Assembly: GCA_950097015.1 (NCBI GenBank) | Contig: CATNEN010000001.1 | Span: 25,358,001-25,422,000, forward strand | Direction of reading: 5' to 3' | Source: Macrostomum hystrix | Lineage: Eukaryota > Animalia > Platyhelminthes | DNA: 64,000 nt | Shown: positions 36,110 to 49,347 of the stretch, in pieces | Position numbering within the stretch: the first letter of the stretch is position 1 | Layout: each line of letters begins with the position of its first letter | Notes under the pieces: model-generated | The model's database searches: none | What the model saw: the letters and a program-made list of their open reading frames with translations, nothing else | What the model was told of the DNA's origin: nothing | Translations under genes and position numbers: made by a program

Positions 36110-36478
36110 AAATACCAGAGAGAGTGACAGTGATCAAAGTACCAGAGAGAGAGTGACAGTGAACCAAAGTACCAGAGAGTGTGACAGTGAACCAAAGTAC
36201 CAGAGAGTGTGTGACAGTGAACCAAAGTACCAGAGAGTGTGACAGTGAACCAAAGTACCAGAGAGAGTGTGACAGTGAACCAAAGTACCAGAGAGAGTGT
36301 GACAGTGAACCAAAGTACCAGAGAGAGTGTGACAGTGAACCAAAGTACCAGAGAGTGTGTGACAGTGAACCAAAGTACCAGAGAGAGTGTGACAGTGAAC
36401 CAAAGTACCAGAGAGTGTGTGACAGTGAACCAAAGTACCAGAGAGAGTGTGACAGTGAACCAAAGTACCAGAGAGAGT
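36110..36478. repeat. 30-bp minisatellite (gtgacagtgaaccaaagtaccagagagagt), about 12 copies
   Basis: 28-30 bp period. Confidence 0.95.
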
Positions 36479-38867
36479 AGTGTTAGAAGAACAAAATTGC
36501 AAAGTACAGGGCCGAATGACAAGCAGGGGAGCTTCTGGTTTCTGTAAAACACCCCCCGGAAAAGCGGCAGGAAATCCATGATTTGCTTGGTAAAGCCACA
36601 AAAAATAAAACAAGGGTATAGCGAGATTCCTTGCATTGCAATTAATCAGGCTGGTGGTTCAGTTTCGAGTTACAAAAGTCTGCAGTGGCTGTTCGCATGA
36701 TGCAGCCAGTTGTGAAACTTTGTTCCGAATATTTCTCCGCAAAAGTTCATCTTTCTTATGTCGGACTTCTGCCAAGCAGTTGCGGCAGCGTTGGTTCATC
36801 AGTCAAGTGTCTCCTCAGTGTCTGGCGCATTTTAAAGTAAGTTTTCCATCGCGGAATCGAGAGTGAAGCCTCAAAACAATGGTTAGCTAAAGAATTTAGA
36901 ATACTACACTGTACTTTTATGGAATAAGGAGCTTTTAGCCCTGTGGTGGGAGCTGTGGAAATGGGAAATGAGCAAATAGGTACTGTACCTCAAAAGCTGA
37001 GGTAGAAATGCGGGGAGGTATGGCAACCCCCACTGTCTATGGACTAAACAGCTGTCGCCACATAGTTTTTCCAGGTATTTCTTTGTCTCTATTCTGTCTG
37101 TACTTTTAAAAAAAATTATTAACCTGTTCTAATTTGGTATACAACGCCTCGCAACAAAGTGTCACGATCTATTTGTCTATTAACCTATTTTTCGAGTAGA
37201 AAATAGAATTCAAAGCACAAATCAATTGACGCAATAAATTAGTATTATCAAATTAGCATTTCTGACTGCTCGGTTGTTCGATTTCGAACCACTGGCAGGC
37301 CTGCAGGGTTGAGCTAGTTCCTGGCTGCCCTCCGTGTAGGCTATGGGCTGCATGTCTTAAGCTTATGAATTATCAATTAGAACGGGTTCTGAATATCATT
37401 TCAAATCGACCTGGTCCCCAAACCTAGGCGAGCTGTGTTGAAAAAATGTTTGTTGTTTCGTTAAGGTCATGACCCAGTGAGACTCTGTGACCAGGCAGGG
37501 GATATCGCAGAGTTAATAAATGAGAGCCATGAGGTGGGTAGCCTAGAGCCGTCTCAAAATGACTTCAGCTAGCTTTGCATGCTTTTAGCGAACTCGTATT
37601 AATAGCTCACATTTCAAGTGCTCAACTCGGGAGGTTGGGATTATTGTCAACCACGCCAGGATCAGGTCTGTCGCCGTGACGATATATATTTTTAAGCCTT
37701 TTCCCATAGCCGCTATTTTTTGGAGACTTTCAGAGCCGGGTATTTTCAGAATATTCAGAATGCAGCTTTTTAAGCTTTGAACTGTTAATGAGCTAATGGG
37801 TCTGTGTTTAACCAGCGATGCATGCCGTGTACTCAAATATTGCTCGACTGTGTTTCACGCACCACCGTCAGATCCCGACGGGTTCAGCATCGCTTGCCGA
37901 TCGATACAGTTAGTACGGCTCCTGATTTTGAAAGATGGAGTAGAGTGAATACAAGGAGAGGGCAGAAGAAAATCTACTTTTTTCTTGCTCGAATGACTAA
38001 TCAAAGTTTTTATGTATTGAGATTATTTCTCTCTTCCCTGTACGCAGACCCTCTAGTACAGTCCTCTAGCATCTTAATTGACCCAAGCGCTCATTAGGAC
38101 CCATCTGTCGGCACATTTTGGCTTCCAACCCCAGTCGACCTCTTCAACAACCCGGATACCGAGCAGAGGCAGCAAATGGTTCAAACAGGCAACACTTCAC
38201 AGGTAGTGGTCAGTTAGAAACTAGACGCCACAGAACCCTCTAGGCCATTGCCGAATTAGTCATAGCCCGCAAGCAGCGGTCGACATCACACGGTGATCAT
38301 AAAAATCACTGCTTCAGCTGAAATTCGGGGACATTGTAAACACCGATGAAAAGCGTTGTCAATTTTGGTAGAGCATTTTTCCTTTCGTCTTTCGTAACAA
38401 AAAATTTTCATTAAAATTTTCAGATCGAGTTTAGTTTTTATTTTCACTTGATCATTTAAGTGTAGTTTATTGTCAGAAATTTGCTTTATTTACTCATTAT
38501 TATCATACCAAGGTGGTTTCGTCTTAAGAATTCGCTTTGTAGCTTTGTCAGTAACACCAGAAAGTGCAGCCAATACATAAGTATTCCGATCAGCCACAAC
38601 AGGCCATGACAAATACATTTATCCGTTTTGGAAGGCTTCTTTGACGCCCTCCTCACATGCTGACCCTCAGATTCTGTCGTCTGTTGTGTACTTTTCCTTA
38701 ACATTTTAGTAAAGTTTACAGTATGCCTATACAAAGCGAATCTCGGATGGCGTGACATTGAGGATTATTTGGCACTTGAGCTGTTTGTTTAGTCCAATCT
38801 GAATAATAAAATTAAAACTGGGAAAAGCCTGCTTAACATGTCGGAGCCTAGATAACTGATCTAAGTT

Positions 38868-40120
38868 TAACAACAACAGCAACAATACAGCAAAAATTCA
38901 GCAACAATACAGCAACAATAACAACAGCAACAATACAGCAACAATAACAACAGCAACAATACAGCAACAATAACAACAGCAACAATACAGCAACAATAAC
39001 AACAGCAACAATACAGCAACAATAACAACAGCAACAATACAGCAACAATAACAACAGCAACAATACAGCAACAATAACAACAGCAACAATACAGCAACAA
39101 TAACAACAGCAACAATACAGCAACAATAACAACAGCAACAATACAGCAACAATAACAACAGCAACAATACAGCAACAATAACAACAGCAACAATACAGCA
39201 ACAATAACAACAGCAACAATACAGCAACAATAACAATAGCAACAATACAGCAACAATAACAACAGAAACAATACAGCAACAATACAGCAACAATAACAAC
39301 AGCAACAATACAGCAAAAATAACAACAGCAACAATACAGCAACAATAACAACAGCAACAATACAGCAACAATAACAACAGCAACAATACAGCAACAATAA
39401 CAACAGCAACAATACACCAACAATACAACAACAATACAGCAACAATACAGCAACAATAACAACAGCATCAATTCAGCAACAATAACAACAGCAACAATAC
39501 ACCAACAATACAACAACAATACAGCAACAATACAGCAACAATAACAACAGCATCAATTCAGCAACAATAACAACAGCAACAATACACCAACAATACAACA
39601 ACAATACAGCAACAATACAGCAACAATAACAACAGCATCAATTCAGCAACAATACAGCAACAATAACAACAGCAACAATACAGCAACAATTCAGCAACAA
39701 TACAGCAACAATTCAGCAACAATACAGCAAAAATTCAGCAACAATACAGCAAAAATTCAGCAACAATACAGCAACAATAACAACAGAAACAATACAGCAA
39801 CAATACAGCAACAATGACAACAGCAACAATACAGCAAAAATAACAACAGCAACAATACAGCAACAATAACAACAGCAACAATACAGCAACAATAACAACA
39901 GAAACAATACAGCAACAATTCAGCAACAATACAGCAACAATACAGCACTTGTTCAATACAACAACAATACAACAACAAGAACAAGAACGGCAAAAAATCT
40001 AAAAGAACAACTACACAGCAACAAAAATAACAAAACAACAAAAATAACAAAACAACAACAATAACAAAAACAACAAAGCAACAACCACAACAGCGACAAA
40101 AACAAAAACAACAACAATAA
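38868..40120. repeat. A/C-rich repeat (caacaatacagcaacaataacaacag)n, degenerating to (CAA)n
   Basis: 26-bp core period with strong strand asymmetry. Confidence 0.95.
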
Positions 40121-40944
40121 AAGCTACGAAATACTGCTCCCGCCAACCACGCAGTGTCAAGTAAGAGGTAGCGCTGCTAAGCCGTCGGTTTCAAACAGTC
40201 ACACCCTCTGCTTGGTCCGGGGCGCCAGTGTCAGTAGCTTGTCAGGGAATCATGCCGTGTCAGGCGCGCACCTTTGTGTATAGAGCTGGCGTTGGTCTCG
40301 CCAACCACTGCCTGCATTGATCGAAGCGCGTCGTCTCACCAAGTCGTCGGCGACGTCCGGCATGAGGTTCTGGCAGCGGGTTGGCAGGATTGTCTTCCGC
40401 GATGCTGCCGCCGTTAGGCAAAAAAATAATTTTGAGGTAAGGGGTGGACACCAGCGTGGTTTGAAAACTTTTGAGGGCCAACTCTCAAGACAGCGGAGTT
40501 CAGGAGTCAGCGGAATGACAGAACTGCCTCTGACTGCGCGCCTTCTGTCACCATGCAAATTTCATTATTGCATTATTAAATTAAAGCAAATTTCTTCCAT
40601 ATACTTCAGTCTCGACCCTGTCTGGTTTAGATGTTAACGCTGATGAAAGTTATGCAAACTTTGCATATCTTTGAAACATTGCTGGCAGGCCGATGCAGCA
40701 TCCGGTTCAGGAGATGCGACAATTAAAGAGAGTGATGAAACCCAGTACTGAGACGCCCTGCTGGGATAATATGGGGGATATTGCATTTTCCCACAGGCTG
40801 CAATGTGTTTTCGGGATTAGACACCTCCAAGGGACAAAGAAGAGATGAGCAGATTAACATGCTTTAAGCTTGACCAGCTGTTGTTTCAAGACTTTCTTAG
40901 CGATGGTTTCAATCGGAAATTAGTTTTTGCTGAAATATAGTTAT

Positions 40945-41240
40945 TCTGTAGCCTTGTGGACTCACGCCTTGAAGGTCGGGGGTTCAATTCTCAGCTCCAC
41001 TGGAGCAATTTGTGTCCTTTAGTAGTTCACTTAAGTCTGCATTGCTTCAGTTCACCCAGCTTTTAAATGGATGCATGCATTAGTTGGTGTAATTGAGGGT
41101 GAGTGTGTCATCCCCCACCAGTCCATGGACTGAACAGCTGTACGCAGCCTTCAGATGCGCCGCGCAATAGCTGCGGCTGTGCTGTCGGCTGCACATCTGG
41201 CCCAATTGGGGCAAAGTGTAATCAATTATTATGATTATTA
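40945..41240 (+). mobile_element. SINE family B: tRNA-derived, CORE-like SINE
   Basis: B box ggttcaattc at 40981, then ttgtgtccttt...cacttaa...cttcagttcacccagcttttaaatgg resembling the MIR CORE domain, then the palindrome cagtccatggactg and an (ATT)n tail. Confidence 0.6.
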
Positions 41241-42899
41241 TTTGTTATTTCACTTGTCTGAAACTACAGTAATCTAAATATGCTTTAAGATGTGTAAAGA
41301 GTTATAAAATTCATGGTGGAAAGTTGGTAAAATTTTCTAACAAAAGCATCCGACTAGATGTTTTAATCACCTCTCTAAAGTTCTCGAAAGATATTTCCGA
41401 AACTTTCCCGCTTTCTACTCGTTCCGATTTTTTTAATCAACTTCCGAAAACTGGCTCAAAGTTGAATTGAAAACTTCAGGACGTTGCGGGTCGCATGGGA
41501 AGTTTCTCAGCGGGAGAATTCTGATCAGGAGAGGCCAGCAAGGACGGAAGGAGGGCCGGTTGGAGTATATTCCGAATTCGTCCTAATTTAAGTGGCCACC
41601 AGCGCAAAAGCATGCTTTGGTAGGCTGGGCCAACCGTTCTCCCGTCCGTGAGCACTTCAATCTCTCCCTTGCCGCAGAAAGGCCTGGTTTCAATGGGAAG
41701 GTTTGCAGCGGAATTGGCCAGCCCAGCCTCTCACTGCAATAATAGTAATAATAATTAATACTACCAGTAACAAACTTTATGCAAATTATTGATTCTGAGC
41801 AGAGTGGCTCGATAGACTTTGGGTTCTTCCTGGTCCCAGATTGGTGGTCCGAGGCGCCACTAGACAAAGTGCATTTTCAACCATTCGACTAGCAGACAAA
41901 TGCCCAGTTCCTGAGCACAGCTCGACTCAGATTCTAGGAAAAGGCACGCACAAGAAGTTTTTTTAGTCGCGCCGTCTCGAAATCGGGATAATAAGCACAT
42001 AAACAGCAGAAGAAAATTGGCGCGTGTTGGGGGCCAGGTGCGCAGAAAAGTTCTCCAACTACTTTCTTGCTGAAACATTCAGTTCGGATAGGAAAAAGAA
42101 AAAACTCCATGCCAACAGGAAGATATCCTATAGAATCCTAAGCTTTAGATTTGGGTTTTTCAAGTCTTTGACGCCTCTCGATTTCATCAGTACAGAATCC
42201 TGTTGATTTTTTGCAGTCTCATCCTTTTCCGTATTTCCTTATCTGCTAGAAGCAGGTTGTCAAGTCAGGTTGTCAAGTCAGGTTGTCAAATCTCTCTGTG
42301 ACCGATGCATTTCATTGAAATTCAAACAAAGCAAAAAAGCACACAATGATTCTATTCCGGGCATCGCTTTGATTGAAATCGAGAATAATGAAATGCCTGT
42401 GGGGCTGCGCTGGCTACTTACAAAATTCCCCCTTTGAAAATGCGTTTGAAAAGGCCTTTGGGATTTCTGCTGTAGGAAGCCAGGACCAAAAGCTGCATCG
42501 TTGTGTGCCATCGCAGGGGCGAATTCGTGGACTAATTAGTTAGATTTCCTGCCATCTGGCTGCAATTTCTATTCTATTCTATTCATCTTTGATGCTGACA
42601 AATCCATTTCAACTGCAATCATGCAGTTTCAGCCACCCACTCCGGAAATTTGTCTGGCCAAAATGAGTCTCATTTCGCCTCAAAGAAGACCGACCGCTGT
42701 GGTTCAGGGCGTGGTCACAAACATTATACCTCTCTGGTCCCTCGTACTAGGCTGCAGCTCAAGCCTCCAATGGAGAGCTTGTGTGTGAGAGATTGGAAAC
42801 GAGAGGTCAGGAGTTCGATTTTCAGCCCAAGGAGAATAAATTATGTCCCTGAGCAAGACACTTTTTAAATTTGATATAGGTTGTACAGGTTGGTTAATA

Positions 42900-43270
42900 A
42901 TAATAATAAAATAATAATAATTGCAGGAGGGCTGCGGGCAATGGCACATCATTTGGTGACACTAGACCCGCAGCCAGCGACGAGGTAATTCTGCCCGTTC
43001 CGCTGACTCCTGAGCACACACGCACACAGATACCGTACGCAGGCACACGCTCACACATGTGTGTACATCTGCCCTGACTTTCTAGTCGTCAGGCAGTGTA
43101 CACTTTCACAGTGCCTTGGAGGTTGGCCCTCACGGGAGTAAATTGCACAACAAGCTCTCAAAGCCTTCTCTCCGCGGCTTCGCCCCAGATTTATGTGGCT
43201 TCGCCCGGGAATCGAGCTTAGGGACCGTGGTGCGAGAGGCAAACGCGTTAGCCACGCTGCCACTGACCCC
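42900..43270 (-). mobile_element. SINE family A, full-length copy
   Basis: Head GGGGTCAGTGGCAGCGTGG...GCTCGATTCC; body collinear with the 15325-15683 copy; (ATT)n tail. It abuts a family-B fragment at about 42790-42870. Confidence 0.87.
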
Positions 43271-44970
43271 CTGTGTTAGGTGTGAATTCTAATTTCTGTC
43301 GATCGATTCTTTTCTAAGTAAATTGTTTCAGGGAGAAAGTTCATTTTAAACATACTTCGAAGGCCTAGGAGCTGTACGAGTATGCCAAACTGATTGCGCG
43401 CCGCTGCAATAATGGAAATTAGGAACCCAAGCAGTTATTTCTGATATTCGGAACTGCCAGCCAAGGGCTTTCTTCGCAGAGGAGTCAGCTGGCTGCTGGG
43501 TGCGATAATCCTTCGCATTCCTTCGCCTCCAGCCGAACCAGCCGCGAGTGGGTTCGCCTGAAAGGCTTTTTCCCGCCCTAAGAATTCCACTTGCCAAGAC
43601 AAGTCGGAAACGCACATGCTGATACGGAAGCTGTGGTGAAAGTGGGGCTGACTCATACAGGACAGGCCAGCTGACGCTGGGCTGGTGAACAAAAATACGT
43701 AGCCTGAAAGACGGTCCGAGGGCGTTGACTTCTGGCACAGAATGCTGCGGGCATTGCGTCACACTTACTGGTTGCGTTACAGTCCAGTTCACGAGAGTAA
43801 GCACACCCTCTCCCTGATCCTTCCTGAACAGGGGTTTGAGCTCTGAAATAGCTCGCGATGCATTACTCAAGCAGTCTTTGCCCTCTGGGGTTCTTCTTTG
43901 TATGTCCAGAAGACCCTTGCAGCAGTTTAGAATCTGAGCAGTCGCTAATCTTCGATCCTAAATAAAACTTAGCGGAGTGGTTCCGTGTGAGTATGCCAAT
44001 GTAAAGAGAAATTCCACACCCGTTGATGGAGGACAGGGAGTGAGGCGAGGACACACAATCTGGCAGCATCGATGACGCAATCTGGGCCTGTCATGAATGA
44101 TCCCCTTCAGTTTTTCTTCCCACACGACGGAAGGCTCAGTGTTGGGGAGTTTTATCCCACCGCCTGTTTGATCCGCACCAGCAGTTGTGTCCCAGGGCAG
44201 AGCTGGGAGCCCGGAGCTAAAATTCCCATGGAGACAGGGTGAGTCTGTGTTGTCGCAAACGAGAGCCTCGTCAAGCTCTCCCCGCCCCTCGATGGGATCG
44301 GGTCTCGGGTCAAGCGCGCCAGGGAAGGCTCCCAGCTCAGTTCGAGCCCCCATCTCGCAGTGCACTTGACCGCCCGGTTTGGGGCGGAGTAGAGGGTGAG
44401 AAAATGCGTAATAAATGAGACTTCTCAGTTTTCATAGAGTTTCAACCCAGAGCGAAGTTTTCTCTAGCAGAGAGCTAGTACCGTGGTGGGTACTCAGGCT
44501 TGTGTCGTAACTGCACTGCTCCGTGGTCCCTTGCGTAAACCACTTCAGAACTGCAAGACTCGCCATTAGGAAGAGCAGAGAGAGGGCGAAAGAAGCACTC
44601 AAAATCGCCCTTCTACGTGTCGCCCTCCACCTAAGCCCTCTGATGCCAAAAGTCGATTCCCAGATCCCAGCGGTCGCCAAACAACAATGAATTAGCTGGA
44701 CCTGCAATCAGGCCAACCATGCCACCCCGTTGCCACAGTCCACACACTGCGGCAGAAGTGAGAGAGCGCGGATGAAGGGGACATAATTTACAGCGTCAAA
44801 AGCTTCCCTGCCTGTCTATTTCCCCCCTGGCCGGACAGGTACGCAAATAAGTGCAGAGAGGCCACTGATCAGCGCCATGATCGATGCCCCTTTGGGCCCA
44901 ATAAAAAGTTGTCATCGTCGCTTCCCTCATGTAACAATGTTGAGCGGTCCGGGTGGATAAAGTCCGCGGA

Positions 44971-45000
44971 TATAAACAGCTGGTGTGGCCGAAACCAGTT
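44971..45000 (+). promoter_or_regulatory. Candidate core promoter (TATAAA plus Inr-like CCAGTT) of the SH3 gene
   Basis: TATAAA at 44971, an adjacent CAGCTG, CCAGTT about 25 nt downstream, and ATG at 45068. Confidence 0.45.
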
Positions 45001-45067
45001 CAATTGCAGCTAGGCGAACACAGTCACAACTGCCCCTCCTGCGAATGCTCAAAATTCATAGAGGCTC

Positions 45068-47095
45068 ATGCCGCATTTCAGACTACCCTGGCAACTGCAG
45101 GCGCAGCAGCGGCAGCAGCAGCAGTTGACCCCATCAGGCCAGGACAGCCCGACCACTAGCAGGCGAAAGCGAAAGAGGAAGAAATCCCCGGCCGGTAAGC
45201 ATCGCAAGCCGAGCCCTATGAGCAACCAGCAGCACTCGCCCATCTTCGACTGCTCCGGCAAAAGGCGGCAGCCGCAGCAGCAACTTCAGCAGCTGTCAAG
45301 CGACCCACCGTCGCTGCTAAGCTTCACTGCGTCAGCATCGGCTGCAGGAAGCGTCGCATCGAGCGAGGATCTGGAGCTGCTGGAGCTGGCTACACCTACA
45401 GCGGGCAAGTCGACCATCCCGAAGCGTTTGATCAACAGCCTCGGAGGCCCTCGAGTCAGCGACGACAGCGACGACAGCTCGACGAGCGCCGACGAGGGTA
45501 CGGGAGGTCGAAGCCGGCACAGGCAACGGCGCTTTTCGGTGTCGAGCACTGACAATGACGATGATGATTCATCGAGCTCATCGACCTCTTCATCCTCTTC
45601 GGCGTCTTTCGACTCGCCCGGTCGACAGCAGCGACGCCGACAAAGGCAGCAGCGTCGACAATGGGAGCGAGGTGGCGATGTCCACTCATTGCCGCTTTCA
45701 CCACCTCGCGGCATTCGGGCCAGAGTTCTCTATGACTTTCCCGCGGGTGGACCCAGCGAGCTTCCCGCACGTGCCGGCGAGCAGCTACGGGTGCTGTACC
45801 ACGTGGATCGCCGCTGGGTTTTCGCGGTAAATAGTCGACGCCGGTCCGGCTACCTGCCGTTCTTGTTCGTGGCCAAGATCGACCTCACCTGCCATCGGCG
45901 CGTGCCCAGCTTTGACCGCTACCGGCGCTGGTTCCCATGGGATCTCGATGCGGCAGCGTCTGCCACAGCGGCACAAGATGACTCCTCGGCCTGCGGCAGC
46001 TCTGACTCGGGAAACTACGAGGCCAGCTCGTCCAACTCTTCGGCCGCGTCTGCTGCGGCTGCCGCTGCGGCAGCGGCGGCGGCTGCTGCGGCTGTAGTGG
46101 TTGACGAAGCTCCTTCACCACCTGTACATTGCCACCTTGTCACCACAACAGCGCTGCTGCACTATCAACGAAGAGGTAGCTCCGATGTCGATGAGGATGA
46201 TGGAGCCACTCCCTGCGGTGGTGGTGAGAGTCAAATGACCCCATTGCCGCCACCACCACCGCCTTCGCCTCCTCCGGCAGCGTCGAAACCCTCTCAGCCG
46301 CCACCGCCGCCGCCGCGACTCTTCTACCCAGCTTCGGGTCAGCGGCGACCCGACTCGCTGATGGTACATACGCCGACTCAGACGCGCCTACAGCAGCCGC
46401 AGCAACAACACCATGATCCTGCTTCACAGGTGTGCATTGGATACTACAACTGCTAGTAATTAAGAACATTTTCAAACCGTATCTCACTCTCTGTAAAAAT
46501 TTTTTTTTAGAATGTCGCGCCTCCCCTCGCAACCGCCCAGTGCCGCCAGTTGCCGCCGCATCAGCAGCAGCGCTCACTGCCTCAGTGCACCTGCCCGCAC
46601 GTCTCCTTCGAGGTCTGGAAGCGGCGACCGTCCTTCGATTCAGCGGTTGCCCAGCCGCCCACAACATTGCCCCCACCGCCACCGCCGCCGCAGATCCTGT
46701 CCTCAACAACGGTGTCAACAACGTCATCAACGATGAAGCGTGTCACTTTCAGTGTGAACAATGAGATCATTGGCGTGGCTGATAACATCGACCGTCTGCC
46801 CTGCTACAGCAGCTGTCACGCTGAGCACGAGGTGGCGAATTTGGCCGGTGACTTGGCCGGACGCTTTGACAGCATCTGCTTCTACGACAACTACCTGCCC
46901 GAGGTGACGGCTGCTAGAGATTCCACCGCTGCAGCAGCGGCGAGTTCCGCAGCAGCAGCAGCAGCCACAGCCACAGCGGCAGCAACAGTTTCGCCTAAAA
47001 TGCGGCCGGCAGTACCTCGCGACGGCAGTCAGTTGTATCAAACAGTTGTGAATCCAGATGCCGAGAGCTCTATCGACATGTACACACTGGTTTGA
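45068..47095 (+). CDS. SH3-domain, Ser/Pro-rich adaptor protein (about 648 aa, 2 exons)
   Basis: Exons 45068-46429 and 46511-47095 (phase 0, GT-AG). SH3 sequence ARVLYDFPAGGPSELPARAGEQLRVLYHVDRRWVFAVNSRRRSGYLPFLFV; NLS-like RRKRKRKK; KRVTF; ends YTLV. Confidence 0.8.
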
Positions 47096-48419
47096 CACAA
47101 TCTGGTACATAATTCGGTATCTGAACATTGGCAGACGTTTCGGAAAAGAACATAATATTCCTGTATACAATTAAGTTAGCTACAACGTTAAGGTAAAAAG
47201 GATCTAAGGTTAAGAGGCTGTACCAAAGGCTCTATCTTATCCCAGTAAAAGCTGATCGGTGCAAGCGATCAATACAATCAATGTGAAAAGCCTGCAACCA
47301 TGACACAATCATTACAATCGACCCGAACTCCAAACTGAACAATATACTATTGAGTAGGAGTGTTGCAACAGCAAGAGATTTATCTAAATTTAATGGTATT
47401 TTGATACTTAAACTATTTGAAATATACGAGCGTATATACGCTGAACTATATTGACAGACACTAGAAACCCAAACCAGACTACTAACTGTCAGTAGAGTCT
47501 TGATGTTATATATTTTATTCTAACACAGTTCATCATTTCAGATGCTTCTATTTTAATTGGAATGCAATTCCTTCAGTACTTATTTTCTATTGTCAGCATC
47601 CTGCAATGTACACTCAGATTCCCTGAAAGTTCAACAATTGATTAGTTTGTACCTCTGCAACATTTACTCTGTGATTTATCATAACTCTATTTTATTTTGC
47701 AAGAATCTAAACAACTGATAATGACTAACAATAAAAGGACAATGATTTTTGCGACGGAAAAAGCACTTGGCGATTGTGCAATTGTAAAAATTCTCTGTGA
47801 ATTTGTTCAAGTTCTTGTCAACAGTGTTGTTTGTTTTTATTTTTTGTTGAAGCAACAAGACAACAAATTGAAAGTTCCGATTTGGAACTGATTCGCAACA
47901 CCACAATAAATGTTTGGCATAAGAGAAATTCGATGAAGCGGGTAGATGAGTGATTCTCGAGATATCGACGGTGCAGCACTCATTGTGTCCAGAAGTCTTT
48001 GATAGCAAACACTTGGCATTTGATTGTGTATGTACCTTGAAGGAGCCGAGGCATTCTGAAAATTCAACGGAATAGTTTCGCTTTAATTACTCATATTTGC
48101 TGGGGATCAGTTGTAACAGTAGTCACTGCACAGCCTTTGCACATTCGGTGGACCAATCAGCGCGGACAGGCGCACAGATACAGTACGTAGGCACACACTA
48201 ACAGGGGTGTGTACATCCGCCTAACGTTTTGATTGTCTCTCATCGTGCCTTGGGGGTTGGCCCTCATGCGAGTAAAATGCACGACAAGCCCCTCAAAGTA
48301 TTCTTTTATTTAATGGCACCTCGCATTGGATAGCAGCTGAGGGACCTTGGTGAGGGAATAGTTTAATACATCTTTAATAACAGTGGTTCTGGGGGTTTTA
48401 GACTCAGCTAATTTACGAG

Positions 48420-48600
48420 TATTGTACCGGAGTCTAAAGGGTGTGTACACCTTGTTCAGTCCATGGACTGAAAGGACGTCAAACCCATCAATTTTTTACT
48501 GCTGGATGAACTGAATCAATGAGGAATTGAATATCTTGCTCAATGACACAACTAGTTTCCTATGAGTTAAGATGCGAACTCTTGACCTCACATTCAGAAG
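48420..48600 (-). mobile_element. SINE family B (CORE-like), degenerate copy
   Basis: Minus strand reads gagttcgcatc...ttgtgtcattgagcaagatattc...ttcagttcatccagcagtaaaaa...cagtccatggactgaac. Confidence 0.55.
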
Positions 48601-49347
48601 CTCGAAGCTCAATGATTCGAGTATTCTATTGTTCAGATGTTCCTCAGATCCGCATCAGTGATTTCTGTCGACAATCCGATCAATCCGATTCTCACCTGGC
48701 GCAGCTGCCGCAAGTGCCCTGACAACATCTATCCATTGTTAACAGTAAAAAGACCTCAGGGTATTTCAAATGCCCACTGCCTACTTCACGACAGCTTCCA
48801 AACCGAATGACCGATTTTCATGAAAGTCCACCATCTGAATCAATTTTTTTCGCCATTTACGATGAGCCAACTTTCAAAGCCATCCTAGTCTTTGCAAGTC
48901 TTTGTTCAGCAAACACAGCACTACAATACTGGCTCTGGGCAGTCATTCCCTGGCAGTCTGTCGCCCGCGATTCTAAATACAGGTAAGCGGCTCTTCTTCG
49001 GTTAAAAATGGATTGTTTCGACAGGCGGCGTGAGGCCAGAGAGCATCTCCCATTTCAGCTTTGCCTGCTTTCTGCACACAATGAAACCTTCAAGTGTAAA
49101 TTTACCTGACCTTTAAGTCTTTAAGCTCACTCACTGAATGTCTAGAGGTTGCTGAAACAATTCAATTTTTTTCTCTCGTTGCAAACAATCTGCGAGTTTT
49201 CGGGCCATTTTCTGCTATGTTAGAAAAAGCTTTGAGTAGCAGGTAGATAGAATCCAAGGACAGTCAACTTACCAGTCTCTTATTACCAGATTACATTTTA
49301 GTCTAGTGCGTAATGTCAGTTCGCAAAGTAATCACCGGCTTTCAGAG

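Noticed and set aside
23675-40146. Long ORFs in arrays (23675-24766, 28602-29124, 31177-33009, 33649-35112, 36025-36636, 38848-40146)
   Set aside because: Low-complexity repeats are open in several frames with frame-breaking unit lengths or indels and no splice context.
40630-40680. Hammerhead-like CTGATGA-stem-GAAAC with upstream ATGTT
   Set aside because: Helix II and III are plausible, but only 4 nt lie where helix I must be and no downstream helix I partner exists; it is probably a simple inverted repeat.
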